DNA of 64,000 bases from Saprospiraceae bacterium. Lineage in GTDB: Bacteria; Bacteroidota; Bacteroidia; Chitinophagales; Saprospiraceae. The stretch is taken from the NCBI GenBank assembly GCA_965230755.1, contig CBDDLT010000005.1, positions 221,467-285,466 on the forward strand. Direction: 5' to 3'. Positions 7,279 through 17,400 of this stretch are shown one piece after another. The notes beneath the pieces were generated by a model. It saw only the letters and a program-made list of their open reading frames with translations, made no database searches and was not told the DNA's origin. The position numbers and the translations under genes were made by a program. How positions within the stretch are numbered: the first letter of the stretch is position 1; every line of letters begins with the position of its first letter.

Positions 7279-7479
7279 AAATTTTCAATTCTTAAAAAGA
7301 ATGCTCCTTTCATTTAAGGAGATGGCAAATTTAAAACAAACTTTGTTTTATTGCAATCTTTTTTGAATTATTTAATTCATAAAACTAAAAAAAACTGAAG
7401 TTTTTTACGACAGTACTTGAATAACAATCAATTGTATTATCTTACCTTTGGTATTCATTTAACCAAAAAATCAGCGTCT

Positions 7480-8460
7480 ATGGTTTTTCTAGAATTTGAA
7501 AAAAATCTCGAGAGCTTATACCAACAATTAGAAAAGATAAGAGAGGTAGCAGAGGAAGGCGTAATTGATGTGGAGGATAAGATCAAAGAGTTAGAACGCA
7601 AGATAAAGGCTGAACAGAAAGAAATTTACGGAAATCTTACGGGTTGGCAGAAAGTATTGCTTTCAAGACATCCCAATAGACCGCACAGTTCTTTTTACAT
7701 ACAACAAATGTGTAGAAAATTCATCGAATTACACGGTGATAGAAAATACGGTGATGATCATGCTATTATTGGGGGTATTGCCAATATTGACGGTCAGCCT
7801 GTAGTGATTATTGGCCAAGAGAAGGGAAATAATACTAAGGAAAGAAAACACCATAATTTTGGAATGCCAAATCCTGAAGGTTATAGAAAGGCTCTTAGGT
7901 TAATGAAGTTAGCGGAAAGATTCAAGATGCCGGTCATTTGCCTTATTGACACTCCTGGCGCATACCCAGGAATTGAGGCAGAGGAAAGAGGACAGGCTGA
8001 AGCTATTGCCAGAAATCTTTTTGAAATGGCACAATTGAGGACTCCGATTATTTGTGTTGTAATTGGCGAGGGAGCTAGTGGTGGAGCCTTGGGTATAGGA
8101 TTGGGAGATCGAGTTATTATGTTAGAAAACACATGGTATTCTGTGATTTCACCGGAAAGTTGTTCAAGTATTCTTTGGCGTTCTTGGGACAATAAGATGC
8201 AAGCTGCGGAAGCGCTTAAACTCACTGCAGAACATATGCTCGAATTTGGACTTATTGATGATATTATCAGGGAGCCTCTTGGAGGGGCACATTCGAATGC
8301 AGAAGAAATGGCACGGATTCTGAAAAAGCATATAAAGAAAGAAATTGCTCAATTGAAAACTCTGGATACTGATCAACTAATTTCTAATAGAATTGACAAG
8401 TATGGCCAAATGGGCAAATTCAAAGAGCTCAAAGAAAAATCTATTGTGACGGCAAAGTAG
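7480..8460 (+). CDS. accA: Acetyl-CoA carboxylase carboxyltransferase subunit alpha
   Basis: Strong AccA signature throughout (LDFEKNLESL..., GQEKGNNTKERKHHNFGMPNPEGYRKALR, PVICLIDTPGAYPGIEAEERGQAEAIARNL, GEGASGGALGIG). The track start at 7417 looks N-extended; the Met at 7480 (MVFLEFEKN) is more plausible. Confidence 0.9.
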   Translation: MVFLEFEKNLESLYQQLEKIREVAEEGVIDVEDKIKELERKIKAEQKEIYGNLTGWQKVLLSRHPNRPHSSFYIQQMCRKFIELHGDRKYGDDHAIIGGIANIDGQPVVIIGQEKGNNTKERKHHNFGMPNPEGYRKALRLMKLAERFKMPVICLIDTPGAYPGIEAEERGQAEAIARNLFEMAQLRTPIICVVIGEGASGGALGIGLGDRVIMLENTWYSVISPESCSSILWRSWDNKMQAAEALKLTAEHMLEFGLIDDIIREPLGGAHSNAEEMARILKKHIKKEIAQLKTLDTDQLISNRIDKYGQMGKFKELKEKSIVTAK

Positions 8461-8465
8461 TTTGA

Positions 8466-10376
8466 ATGGCCAAGAACGTAAAGAACAGTTCGAAAAAAAG
8501 CAAAAAAAAAGTTAGACCTAAAAAATGGATATGGAAAAAACATATCCCAGCACTTAGTATTTTATTTCTACTCGGTTTTGCCCTTTACTTTCAGAGTATC
8601 TACTTCGAGTATGTCTTGGATGACAAAATCGTTCTTACAGAGAATGACTACGTAAAGGAGAAGTGGGCTGGAATTCCAAAGATTTTGAGTTCGGATAGCT
8701 TTGAAGGGTATTTCAAAGAACAAAAAGATCTGCTTCAAGGAGCACGTTATCGCCCTTTTTCAATAGCAGCTTTTGCCGTAGAATATGGTATAGTTGGAGA
8801 AGCAAATCCTATGGTCAGTCATCTGATCAATATCGTTCTTTACGGTTTCTTGGCTTGTCTGATTTACTTCTTAATGTTTAGATTGAACATTTCATGGCCC
8901 CATAAATCATGGTATTTTTCATTGCCTTTTATAGTCGCATTATTATATGTATTGCATCCTCTTCACATTGAAGCGGTTGCCAACGTCAAGGGTCGCGATG
9001 AATTACTGACTTTTATTTTCAGTATCATCAGTTTTCTGTGTATTTACCGATACTCCTATCAAAGGCAATTGAGCTTTTTAATATTGGGCTCCGTTTCGTT
9101 TTTTGCAGCTTTAATGTTCAAGGAAAATGCGCTTCCATTTCTCGCCGTTATTCCCGCTTCCTTATGGGTATTCCGCAAGAAGGACCTCAATTTTCTAGTG
9201 TTGCCGTTTGTAGCTTTGCTCATTCCTACTATTATTTATTTTATCATTCGACTACAAGTGATCGGTTACTTGATCGATCCTCCCGGAAAAAAAATTACGG
9301 ATTTATTGAATAATCCTTTTGCGGAGATGAATTCCGGTGAAAGACTAGCGACAATCTTTTACACCTTGCTCGAGTATTTAAAACTTCAGGTGTTTCCACA
9401 CCCGCTAACCCACGACTATTATCCTTACCATATCCCAAAAATGACTTGGTCTAACGCGGTAGTTTATCTCTCGTTCTTGATCAATGCGATTCTATTCGCT
9501 TTGAGTTTATGGGGTATCTTCAAAAGGAAAGCATGGGGCTTTTTTCTCTTTTTCTATTTTGCCAGTGTTTCAATTGTCAGTAATATTTTGATTTCCGTAG
9601 GGGTATTCATGAATGAACGATTTGTATTTATCGCATCGCTTGGATTTTGCTTTTTAATACCTTGGGTGGTTCAGAAGGGAGCTGAGCGATTTTCATTCGA
9701 TAGCAAAATTATTCTAGGGAGTTTTGTTGCCGGATTATCCATACTCTTTGTTCTAAAGGATTTGGATAGAATCCCTGATTGGAAAAACCCTTTTACCTTG
9801 AATGAATCCGCTATTAAGGTTTCGAAAAATAGTGCTCGAGCCAATTGCTTCTACGGCGTTGAATTATACAAAAAGGCTCAGAATGAGACCGATAATTCTG
9901 TAAAACAAGATTTACTTAAGGAAGCAGCAGGATATGTTGATCGCGCTATTGAGATATATCCAGAATATGGTAGTGCCTTGAAAATGAAAGCTGGAATTTT
10001 GGGTGCGCAATACACTGGAATACAAGATCGGGAAAAAACCTTGGATCAGTTTTTTGAAATCATGCAGGACAAGCATATTCCTTATGTTCATCAATTCATC
10101 ATGGACTACTTATCGAAGAACCCTGATAATATAGACGCTATACTACAATTCTATCATCGACTGGGATTTGAGACCTATTATAGTAAACTGAATAATTCAA
10201 AATTAGCACTGGTCTCGTTGGAAAACGCTTTGCGCTTAGACCCAGAATCTCCTTTCATTCTAAGAGACTTAGCGATAATATACCATAGAGTAGGTAACTC
10301 GAAATCCAAGGCTATGGCTACTAAAGCATTGGCCTATTACCCGAATGATCAAGCTTTAATAAAAATATTGCAGTGA
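8466..10376 (+). CDS. Polytopic membrane protein with C-terminal TPR repeats (TMTC/DUF1736-like glycosyltransferase-type architecture)
   Basis: 636 aa. Lys-rich N-terminus, then ~10 hydrophobic helices, then a soluble C-terminal half with TPR-like repeats (AIEIYPEYGSALKMKAG..., ALRLDPESPFILRDLAIIYHRVGN). Confidence 0.65.
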   Translation: MAKNVKNSSKKSKKKVRPKKWIWKKHIPALSILFLLGFALYFQSIYFEYVLDDKIVLTENDYVKEKWAGIPKILSSDSFEGYFKEQKDLLQGARYRPFSIAAFAVEYGIVGEANPMVSHLINIVLYGFLACLIYFLMFRLNISWPHKSWYFSLPFIVALLYVLHPLHIEAVANVKGRDELLTFIFSIISFLCIYRYSYQRQLSFLILGSVSFFAALMFKENALPFLAVIPASLWVFRKKDLNFLVLPFVALLIPTIIYFIIRLQVIGYLIDPPGKKITDLLNNPFAEMNSGERLATIFYTLLEYLKLQVFPHPLTHDYYPYHIPKMTWSNAVVYLSFLINAILFALSLWGIFKRKAWGFFLFFYFASVSIVSNILISVGVFMNERFVFIASLGFCFLIPWVVQKGAERFSFDSKIILGSFVAGLSILFVLKDLDRIPDWKNPFTLNESAIKVSKNSARANCFYGVELYKKAQNETDNSVKQDLLKEAAGYVDRAIEIYPEYGSALKMKAGILGAQYTGIQDREKTLDQFFEIMQDKHIPYVHQFIMDYLSKNPDNIDAILQFYHRLGFETYYSKLNNSKLALVSLENALRLDPESPFILRDLAIIYHRVGNSKSKAMATKALAYYPNDQALIKILQ

Positions 10377-10534
10377 TAATGGAATGGTTTCCATTTTATT
10401 ATCAAAACAATAGGCATGCAAAAATTTTATCATATTAATTGGAAAAACGGGTGTGCTTGATTACCTTTGATTTATTCCTTATTTTTACGAAAACATTGGC
10501 CAACTGAAATCACCAAATTAAACCGGAACAAGTA

Positions 10535-12013
10535 ATGTTGGTTAGGACTTATTTATTGGCTATTCTAGTGTTGTTTGCTTTTCAGCTTAATGGGCAAACT
10601 ATCATCCATACTGAAAAAGGAGGGTACTTAAGTGATCTTCGTTCTAATGAACAGCATTCTGACAATGGACGTCAAGAACTAAAGGATTTTGTAATATCCT
10701 TGGGTTATGAACAAGAGCTAAGTGAAGAAGATGTATCCACTGAAAAGTCTTCCAATCTTTATGGAATGCCCGTGAAAAAAAGCTACGAAAGCTTTGTCCA
10801 AAATGATCATTACTACTACGCAATATCTCAGTTTTTTGACCAGAATACCTCGAATGGTTATTTAGAAGATTATAGTTGTCGTTATAGAACATATGATACT
10901 CATAGCGGAACAGATTATTTTGCTTTTCCTTTCTACTGGTATCAGTATGAGAATGAGCTTTTTGAGGTGGTAGCTGCCCAAGATGGTTTTGTAAAAGGTG
11001 TTTCTGACACGGTAGAGGATGCCTGCAATATTAATTCAGAATTTGGTAATTGGGTTTTAATAGATCATGGTGGTTTTCAGACACTTTATGCGCATTTACA
11101 AAAGGGTTCTATAACTGTGGAATATGATCAATTTGTTTCAAAAGAGGAAATCATAGGATTGGTTGGATATTCTGGAAATAGTACAAAACCCCATCTTCAT
11201 TTTGAGACATATTCACGTTTCTTTAATGATTCTATTCACGATCCTTATTACCCAGGTTCGGAAGATTGTGAAGCGCCTTATAGTTTATATCGAATGGAAA
11301 GAAATGGCTATGATGAATACGGTAGGACGGCCATTCTAAGTATTACTTCTCATAATCAGGAGCCCAGATGGAAAACGGAATGCACAGATCCCACAGAAGA
11401 ACCATATTTCGAGAACAATTTTAAAGTAGGCGAAACAGCACATTTTATTACTGCTGTTAGAGATATGTACGCGGAACAAACATTGGTGACCGAATTGATA
11501 AAACCAGATGGAAATTTTGCGGCGCAATGGAGACATGATTTAGCAGAGATAACAGATAATCCTAATGCTGAACTTGAAGTTGCAGTTTACGCAAGAAATG
11601 AATTTCTAATTCCAGCAGATGCTCCTATGGGAAATTGGACTCTACAATCCTATTTGTTGGATGCCAATGGATCACCTATTATCCCTCAGCCGGAAGGAAT
11701 ATTAAGTCATACTATTATTGTTGACGGCACCTCAGATAATAGCGAGTTCTTATCTGAAAACTTTAAGGTTTATCCGCAACCTGCCAACGAAAAGTTGTAT
11801 GTTGAACTATCACAACAACTGATCTCAGAGGGCAAATCCTTTACTTTAGAGTTGACAGACATTACAGGAAAAACATGTTTAGAGATTGATTCTAAACATC
11901 TTATGTCCAGGTCATTTATCAATATATCTACTCTTCAATCCGGTCTTTATTTTATGAGATATAAAGATCAGTACGGTTATTCTACCGGGTGTAAAAAAAT
12001 AATAATTCAATAA
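10535..12013 (+). CDS. Secreted M23-family metallopeptidase with T9SS type-A C-terminal sorting domain
   Basis: Signal peptide. M23/LytM motifs (HSGTDY...; LYAHLQKGSITVEYDQFVSKEEIIGLVGYSGNSTKPHLHFETY). The C-terminus KVYPQPANEKLYVEL...GLYFMRYKDQYGYSTGCKKIIIQ is typical of the Por_Secre_tail domain. Confidence 0.8.
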   Translation: MLVRTYLLAILVLFAFQLNGQTIIHTEKGGYLSDLRSNEQHSDNGRQELKDFVISLGYEQELSEEDVSTEKSSNLYGMPVKKSYESFVQNDHYYYAISQFFDQNTSNGYLEDYSCRYRTYDTHSGTDYFAFPFYWYQYENELFEVVAAQDGFVKGVSDTVEDACNINSEFGNWVLIDHGGFQTLYAHLQKGSITVEYDQFVSKEEIIGLVGYSGNSTKPHLHFETYSRFFNDSIHDPYYPGSEDCEAPYSLYRMERNGYDEYGRTAILSITSHNQEPRWKTECTDPTEEPYFENNFKVGETAHFITAVRDMYAEQTLVTELIKPDGNFAAQWRHDLAEITDNPNAELEVAVYARNEFLIPADAPMGNWTLQSYLLDANGSPIIPQPEGILSHTIIVDGTSDNSEFLSENFKVYPQPANEKLYVELSQQLISEGKSFTLELTDITGKTCLEIDSKHLMSRSFINISTLQSGLYFMRYKDQYGYSTGCKKIIIQ

Positions 12014-12068
12014 GTTTTAAAATTATTTGTTTTTTACATACAAATTGTTTTACTTTGTGTAAAACAAT

Positions 12069-12524
12069 TTGGCTACTATGATTAAAGTTATTTTTACCTT
12101 CAGCTCATTCTGCTTTTTACTGGTTTTAAATCTATTTTCAGACAATACCAAGGAAATGACCAATGATCCTTTCCCACTAACAGCAGAAACCATTGTCTTA
12201 CCAACAGAGATCAAAGAAATCGTTGACCAAAAAACCAGCTACTACGGTATACCACAATATGTGTATTATGCATACCTGCTCCAAAGTAAAGCCCTAAATC
12301 CCTGTGTTATATCAGGCGATCCAGAATGCCAACAAAATATTCATCAAGTTCAAAATGTGCCCTTCGCAGAGTTTTCGGATGCTCTATTATTAGCCATCCA
12401 ACATCATCGATCCGATCCGGAATCAATGCGAGAATGGGCCATTTTGGCTTCTTTCGTTATGGATAATAAGGTAGCACCGGAAGATTTGTTGGACATTATG
12501 TTGAGATTGGACAGTAAGCTTTAA
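12069..12524 (+). CDS. Hypothetical protein, probably secreted (N-terminal hydrophobic segment)
   Basis: 151-aa ORF with no recognisable motif. Confidence 0.4.
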   Translation: MATMIKVIFTFSSFCFLLVLNLFSDNTKEMTNDPFPLTAETIVLPTEIKEIVDQKTSYYGIPQYVYYAYLLQSKALNPCVISGDPECQQNIHQVQNVPFAEFSDALLLAIQHHRSDPESMREWAILASFVMDNKVAPEDLLDIMLRLDSKL

Positions 12525-12561
12525 CATCATTCCACTAACTTAAGACTTTAAAAAATCCACC

Positions 12562-13686
12562 ATGTGCCTAGTTTCAATTATACCAGACCTAAAGTATTAT
12601 TATCTCTCGTTAAGTAAAATTCCCAGTATTGGGCCTATTACAGGCAAGAATCTCATTAAGTATGCCGGAAGTGTTGAAGACGTATTTAATATGAGTCCAA
12701 GAGAGATCAATGAAGTCCCATTTTTAAAATCCAATCAAAAAAACGCCTTAATCAACAAGACCTATTTAAATCTGGTAGAAGAAGAAATTAATCGCATTGA
12801 AAGAGAACGCATTGAGGTTATTACCATCGAATCAGAAAAATATCCTTATCGACTAAGACTCATTGAGGATAGTCCACTGGTCATCTATGCAAAAGGAAAT
12901 ATTTCCCTAAATCCCTTGCGAACTGTTGGAATAGTTGGAACCAGAACATCTTCCATTACGGGACAGCGGTACACTCAAAAAATAATAGAAGAACTTCTCC
13001 CCTATCAAGCTACCATTGTAAGTGGGCTTGCCTCGGGTATTGATGGTTATGCACATCAATATGCGCTAAATAATTCACTGAATACTATTGGTGTTGTTGC
13101 ACATGGGTTTAAATATAGATACCCGGAGAGTAATGCGCATCTCTTTAATTCTGTACAAAAAGATGGTATAATTATTACCGAATACGGCTACAATGTATAT
13201 GCCAGCAAGGATAATTTTCCCAGAAGGAATAGAATAGTTGCGGCACTCTCCGATGCAATCGTTGTAGTAGAGTCTAAAGAAAGAGGCGGTTCTCTTATCA
13301 CTGCCAATATCGCCAACGATTACAACAAAGATGTCTTCGCAATTCCAGGAAGATTGGGAGATTCTAATTTTGCAGGATGCAATCATCTGATAAAATCTCA
13401 CAAAGCACATTTATTCCAATGTGCAGATGATATTGCTTATATTTTGAGGTGGTCTAAGCCCAACAAAGCTGACACCGGATTACAGCAAGGTCTATTATTC
13501 GAAAAACTGAATGAATCCGAAAAGAAAATTGTCAATTATCTGCGCGTTAATTATTCGGCATCATTTGATGACTTGGCATTTCACTGTTCCATTGACTTAA
13601 GTAATCTGGCTTCTGTGCTATTACAAATGGAATTTAAAAATCTAGTATTATCTCTACCTGGAAATAAATTCACTTTAAATCGATAA
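12562..13686 (+). CDS. dprA: DNA-processing protein DprA (Smf)
   Basis: Rossmann-like core GIVGTRTSSITGQRYTQ...TIVSGLASGIDGYAHQYAL...GVVAHGFKYRYPESN...RRNRIVAALSDAIVVVESKERGGSLITA...VFAIPGRLGDSNFAGCNHLI, plus a C-terminal winged-helix tail. Confidence 0.8.
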   Translation: MCLVSIIPDLKYYYLSLSKIPSIGPITGKNLIKYAGSVEDVFNMSPREINEVPFLKSNQKNALINKTYLNLVEEEINRIERERIEVITIESEKYPYRLRLIEDSPLVIYAKGNISLNPLRTVGIVGTRTSSITGQRYTQKIIEELLPYQATIVSGLASGIDGYAHQYALNNSLNTIGVVAHGFKYRYPESNAHLFNSVQKDGIIITEYGYNVYASKDNFPRRNRIVAALSDAIVVVESKERGGSLITANIANDYNKDVFAIPGRLGDSNFAGCNHLIKSHKAHLFQCADDIAYILRWSKPNKADTGLQQGLLFEKLNESEKKIVNYLRVNYSASFDDLAFHCSIDLSNLASVLLQMEFKNLVLSLPGNKFTLNR

Positions 13687-13752
13687 TACATGTCAGTAAA
13701 AGATAATGATGTAATTTAAATACTATCTTGTTGGAAACTTTAGATTTGATTT

Positions 13753-14349
13753 ATGTATGCATTTTTAAAAGGTGCTGTTGCTTATATTAACCCTACGCTG
13801 GTAGTGATAGAGATTCAGGGTATAGGGTATGAAGTCCACATCAATACTCAAACGTACTATAAAATCAAAGAACAGAGTCAGGTAAAGTTATTTACCTACT
13901 TTCATAAAAGTGATCACGGAGACGCCCTTTATGGCTTTCACAGTGAAGAGGATAAAAAATTATTCCTTCTTCTTATTTCTGTTAATAAAGTCGGACCGAG
14001 TACTGCGCAGGTTATGCTCTCTACTTTTGAGTCAAGTGAATTGGTACAGGCGATTAGCAATGCAAATATTGGTAAGTTGAGCACGATCAAAGGCATTGGT
14101 AGAAAAACAGCGGAAAGAATTATCGTCGAACTTAGAGACAAAATGGTATTAGACGAATCAAAAATCCATGATTTAAGCACGGATAATGGCCTTTCTACTA
14201 CAAAACAAGAAGCAGAAGCCGCTCTACTTTCTTTAGGTTTTTCTAAAGTTCAAATTAATAAAGTACATAAGGAGCTAAATCTTCAAGGAAAATCGCAATT
14301 AGATATAGAAAATTATCTCAAAGAAGCGCTTTCTTTATTGTCCAATTAA
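13753..14349 (+). CDS. ruvA: Holliday junction branch-migration complex subunit RuvA
   Basis: MYAFLKGAV...IEIQGIGYEVHI...LFTYFHKSDHGDALYGFHSEEDKKLFLLLISVNKVGPSTAQVMLS...IKGIGRKTAERIIVELRDK. Confidence 0.9.
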   Translation: MYAFLKGAVAYINPTLVVIEIQGIGYEVHINTQTYYKIKEQSQVKLFTYFHKSDHGDALYGFHSEEDKKLFLLLISVNKVGPSTAQVMLSTFESSELVQAISNANIGKLSTIKGIGRKTAERIIVELRDKMVLDESKIHDLSTDNGLSTTKQEAEAALLSLGFSKVQINKVHKELNLQGKSQLDIENYLKEALSLLSN

Positions 14350-14431
14350 AACATAGCACTATTTTTGTGCCTTAATTCTAAAATGAGTCCTTCTAAACAC
14401 AATGCGTAGAGGATAAGCTCGTTTTATTCAA

Positions 14432-17400
14432 ATGAAAAAAAGTGCAATTATTTTAATGAGACCTACTTTTAGTGTACTTCTTCTTCTTTGGGCCGGATTA
14501 GGAATCCACCTGGAAGCCATTGGCCCTGCGAAAGACCTAATCTATACCGCTATAGAAGATTACCATAGTTTGGATACACTCCCACCTATGTGGGAAGCTA
14601 GAGACGAATATGATCTGGATCAGAATCCTTTTGACCTTAACGATCCCGCAATTGTAAAGGAAGAAGTCGAATTTGATACAGAGAATAACAATTACATCCT
14701 ATCTAAAAAGATAGGCGAAGAATTTTACACAGCTCCAAGTCATATGAGTTTTCAAGAATATCTTGATTATAAACAAAAGATGGCTGACAAGGAGTTCATG
14801 CAAAAAATGAACGGGTTAAATTCAGATGGAGGATTTCTGGATTTTGCTGCCGGAAAAGCAGATGGTATTAATCCTGTAGATAATCTAAATATTCAAGAGG
14901 ATCTAGTTGGAGGAATGTTTGGCGGAGCTCAAATCAGTATCAAACCTCAAGGATATGTTGACTTTACTTTTGGGGGGAGAGGAAATTTTTATGATAACCC
15001 AGCTAACCCACCAGAATTTAACAGACAAGGATTTTTACCCTATTTTCAACCCAATATCAATCTTAGAGTCGAAGGAGGTATTGGAGATAAATTTAATCTA
15101 GGTTGGGATTATAATACTCAGTCTACTTTTGACTTCGATAACAGAATCAAATTAGCCTACGATAGTGAAGAGTGGAGTGAAGATGAAATTGTTAAAAAAA
15201 TTGAGGCGGGCGACGTCTCGCTTCCACTCAACAGTCAGTTGATCAATGGAAGTCAACGACTGTTCGGAGTGAAAACCGAACTCCAATTTGGAAAACTCAC
15301 CCTAACAGGCCTAATATCCCAACAGAAATCCCAGAAAAAAGAAATTGTCATTGAAAACGGAGGTAGAATAAGAGAGTTCTTTAAGTATATCAATGAGTAC
15401 GACGAGAATAGACATTTCTTCTTAACTCATTACAACCGCGAAACCTACGAAAGATCCTTGGCAAACCTCCCACAAATCAACACACTGTTTAAAATTCGAA
15501 AAATAGAACTTTGGACTACTAACAAAAACCAGCAGGAAACTGATGTTCTAAGTGAAATTATTGCCGTTACAGACCTTGGTGAACCGGAAAGAATAAGCAT
15601 GTCGGACCGTCAATATTTTCCAACGACACCACGACATCCGGATATCTATGATGGTAAACCTCTTCCGGGATTTGAGTTGGCTTCACAAATAGGTGCTAAC
15701 GATTTATTCTCTACGCTTAGAAATGATCCGGCAATGAGAAGCACCGGAACGGCAAAAACACGTCTTGAGAACTTCTATAACATGGTTAATGGTCAGGATT
15801 TCGAAAGACTTCGTGCTAGAAAATTACAAAGAGATAGAGATTATTTTGTCCATGAAGATCTTGGTTTTGTCTCTTTAAACAGGCAAGTAGAGACGGATGA
15901 AGTACTTGGTGTTGCATTGGAGTATGAGTTCAACGGTAAAGTATATCAAATAGGTGAGTTCAATGATGACGCAGATAGTGTATTAATTGTTAAACTACTT
16001 AAATCCCAAACCAATGATGTAAGTAATGTATCCTGGGATTTGATGATGAAAAACATCTATTCCGTTGGAGCATATCAGGTAGACCGTGAGGATTTCCAAT
16101 TGGATATATTTTACGATGATCCGGGAAAAGGTGAAAAGAGATTCTTGCCAGCGCCCGAATTAGATGGAAGACCATTATTACAAATATTTAATCTAGATAA
16201 TTTAAATCCCGTCGGTGATCCGCAGCCCGATGGCCGATTTGATTTTGTGCCTGATCTGACAATTTTACCACGAACTGGAAAGATCATCTTCCCAGTCCTA
16301 GAACCTTTCGGTTCTTCTCTAAGAAATTACCTGGCCAGTCAGGGCGTTCCAGAGGAAGAAGATATATATAGTTTTCCAGAGTTGTACAGTAACACGATCA
16401 TCAATACCCTTCAAAGTCCAGAAACCAATCGGTTCGTTATTCGAGGGAAATACAAATCTGATGTTACAGCGGACATCTCATTGGGAGCTTTCAATATCCC
16501 CAGAGGATCTGTGGTTGTAACAGCTGGTGGTCGAAGGTTACAAGAAGGACTGGATTATGAAATAGACTATAATATTGGTCGTATTAAAATATTGAATGAG
16601 AGTTATCTCGCATCCGGACCTGTTAAGATTAGCTTTGAAGATAATGGCGCTCTAGGGTTCCAAGTGAAGACCATGATGGGCTTAAGAGCTGATTATCGAG
16701 TGAATAAGCATATCAATGTTGGTGGTACCTTTATGCATCTCTATGAAAGACCCTTTACCCCAAAAGTTAATATCGGAGATGATCCTATTAACAACAGGGT
16801 TTACGGACTCGATTTTAGTTATGAGAAAAGTGCTCCTTGGTTAACAAGGTTAGTAGACAAAATTCCCGGAATTGATACTAAGGAAGAATCAAAAATTAAG
16901 TTTTATGCTGAAACCGCATTTCTAAAACCAGGACACGCCCGAGCAATACGTCAAGGAGATGAAGAAGACGGCACCGTATATTTAGACGATTTTGAAGGTA
17001 GCTCTAATGGAGTTCCTGTCGAATCTTTCCATGGGAATTGGACATTAGCCAGTATTCCAAGTGCTTCAAGATTCGACAACGTAGAATTTCTACCTGAACA
17101 TCAGTTGAATAATGACCTAAATATTAATGTAAACCGAGCTCTCATGAGTTGGTATAGAATTTTGGATACCGAGGTAGGTGACAATATCAATAATTCACAC
17201 TATTCACGTGTAATTCAGGCAGGTGAGATCTTTCCTCAGCGGCAATTGAATATTCAGCAGAGTATTACTCGATTTCTGACTTTTGATGTTTCCTATTTCC
17301 CAAACGAAAGAGGACCTTACAATTTTGATCGTCCAGGAGGAACAGCTTATAGTGCTGGTATCAATGCTGATGGTGAACTCCTAGACCCCCGCAAAAGATG

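Noticed and set aside
7417-7479. N-terminal 21-aa extension of accA from the track start at 7417
   Set aside because: The extension (MNNNQLYYLTFGIHLTKKSAS) has no counterpart in AccA proteins. The Met at 7480 gives the canonical N-terminus.
13075-13410. 111-aa minus-strand ORF inside dprA, and similar 60-100-aa ORFs antisense to accA, the HK, pfkA, the acylase and aconitase
   Set aside because: All are fully embedded antisense in confidently assigned genes, with no motif or translational signal.
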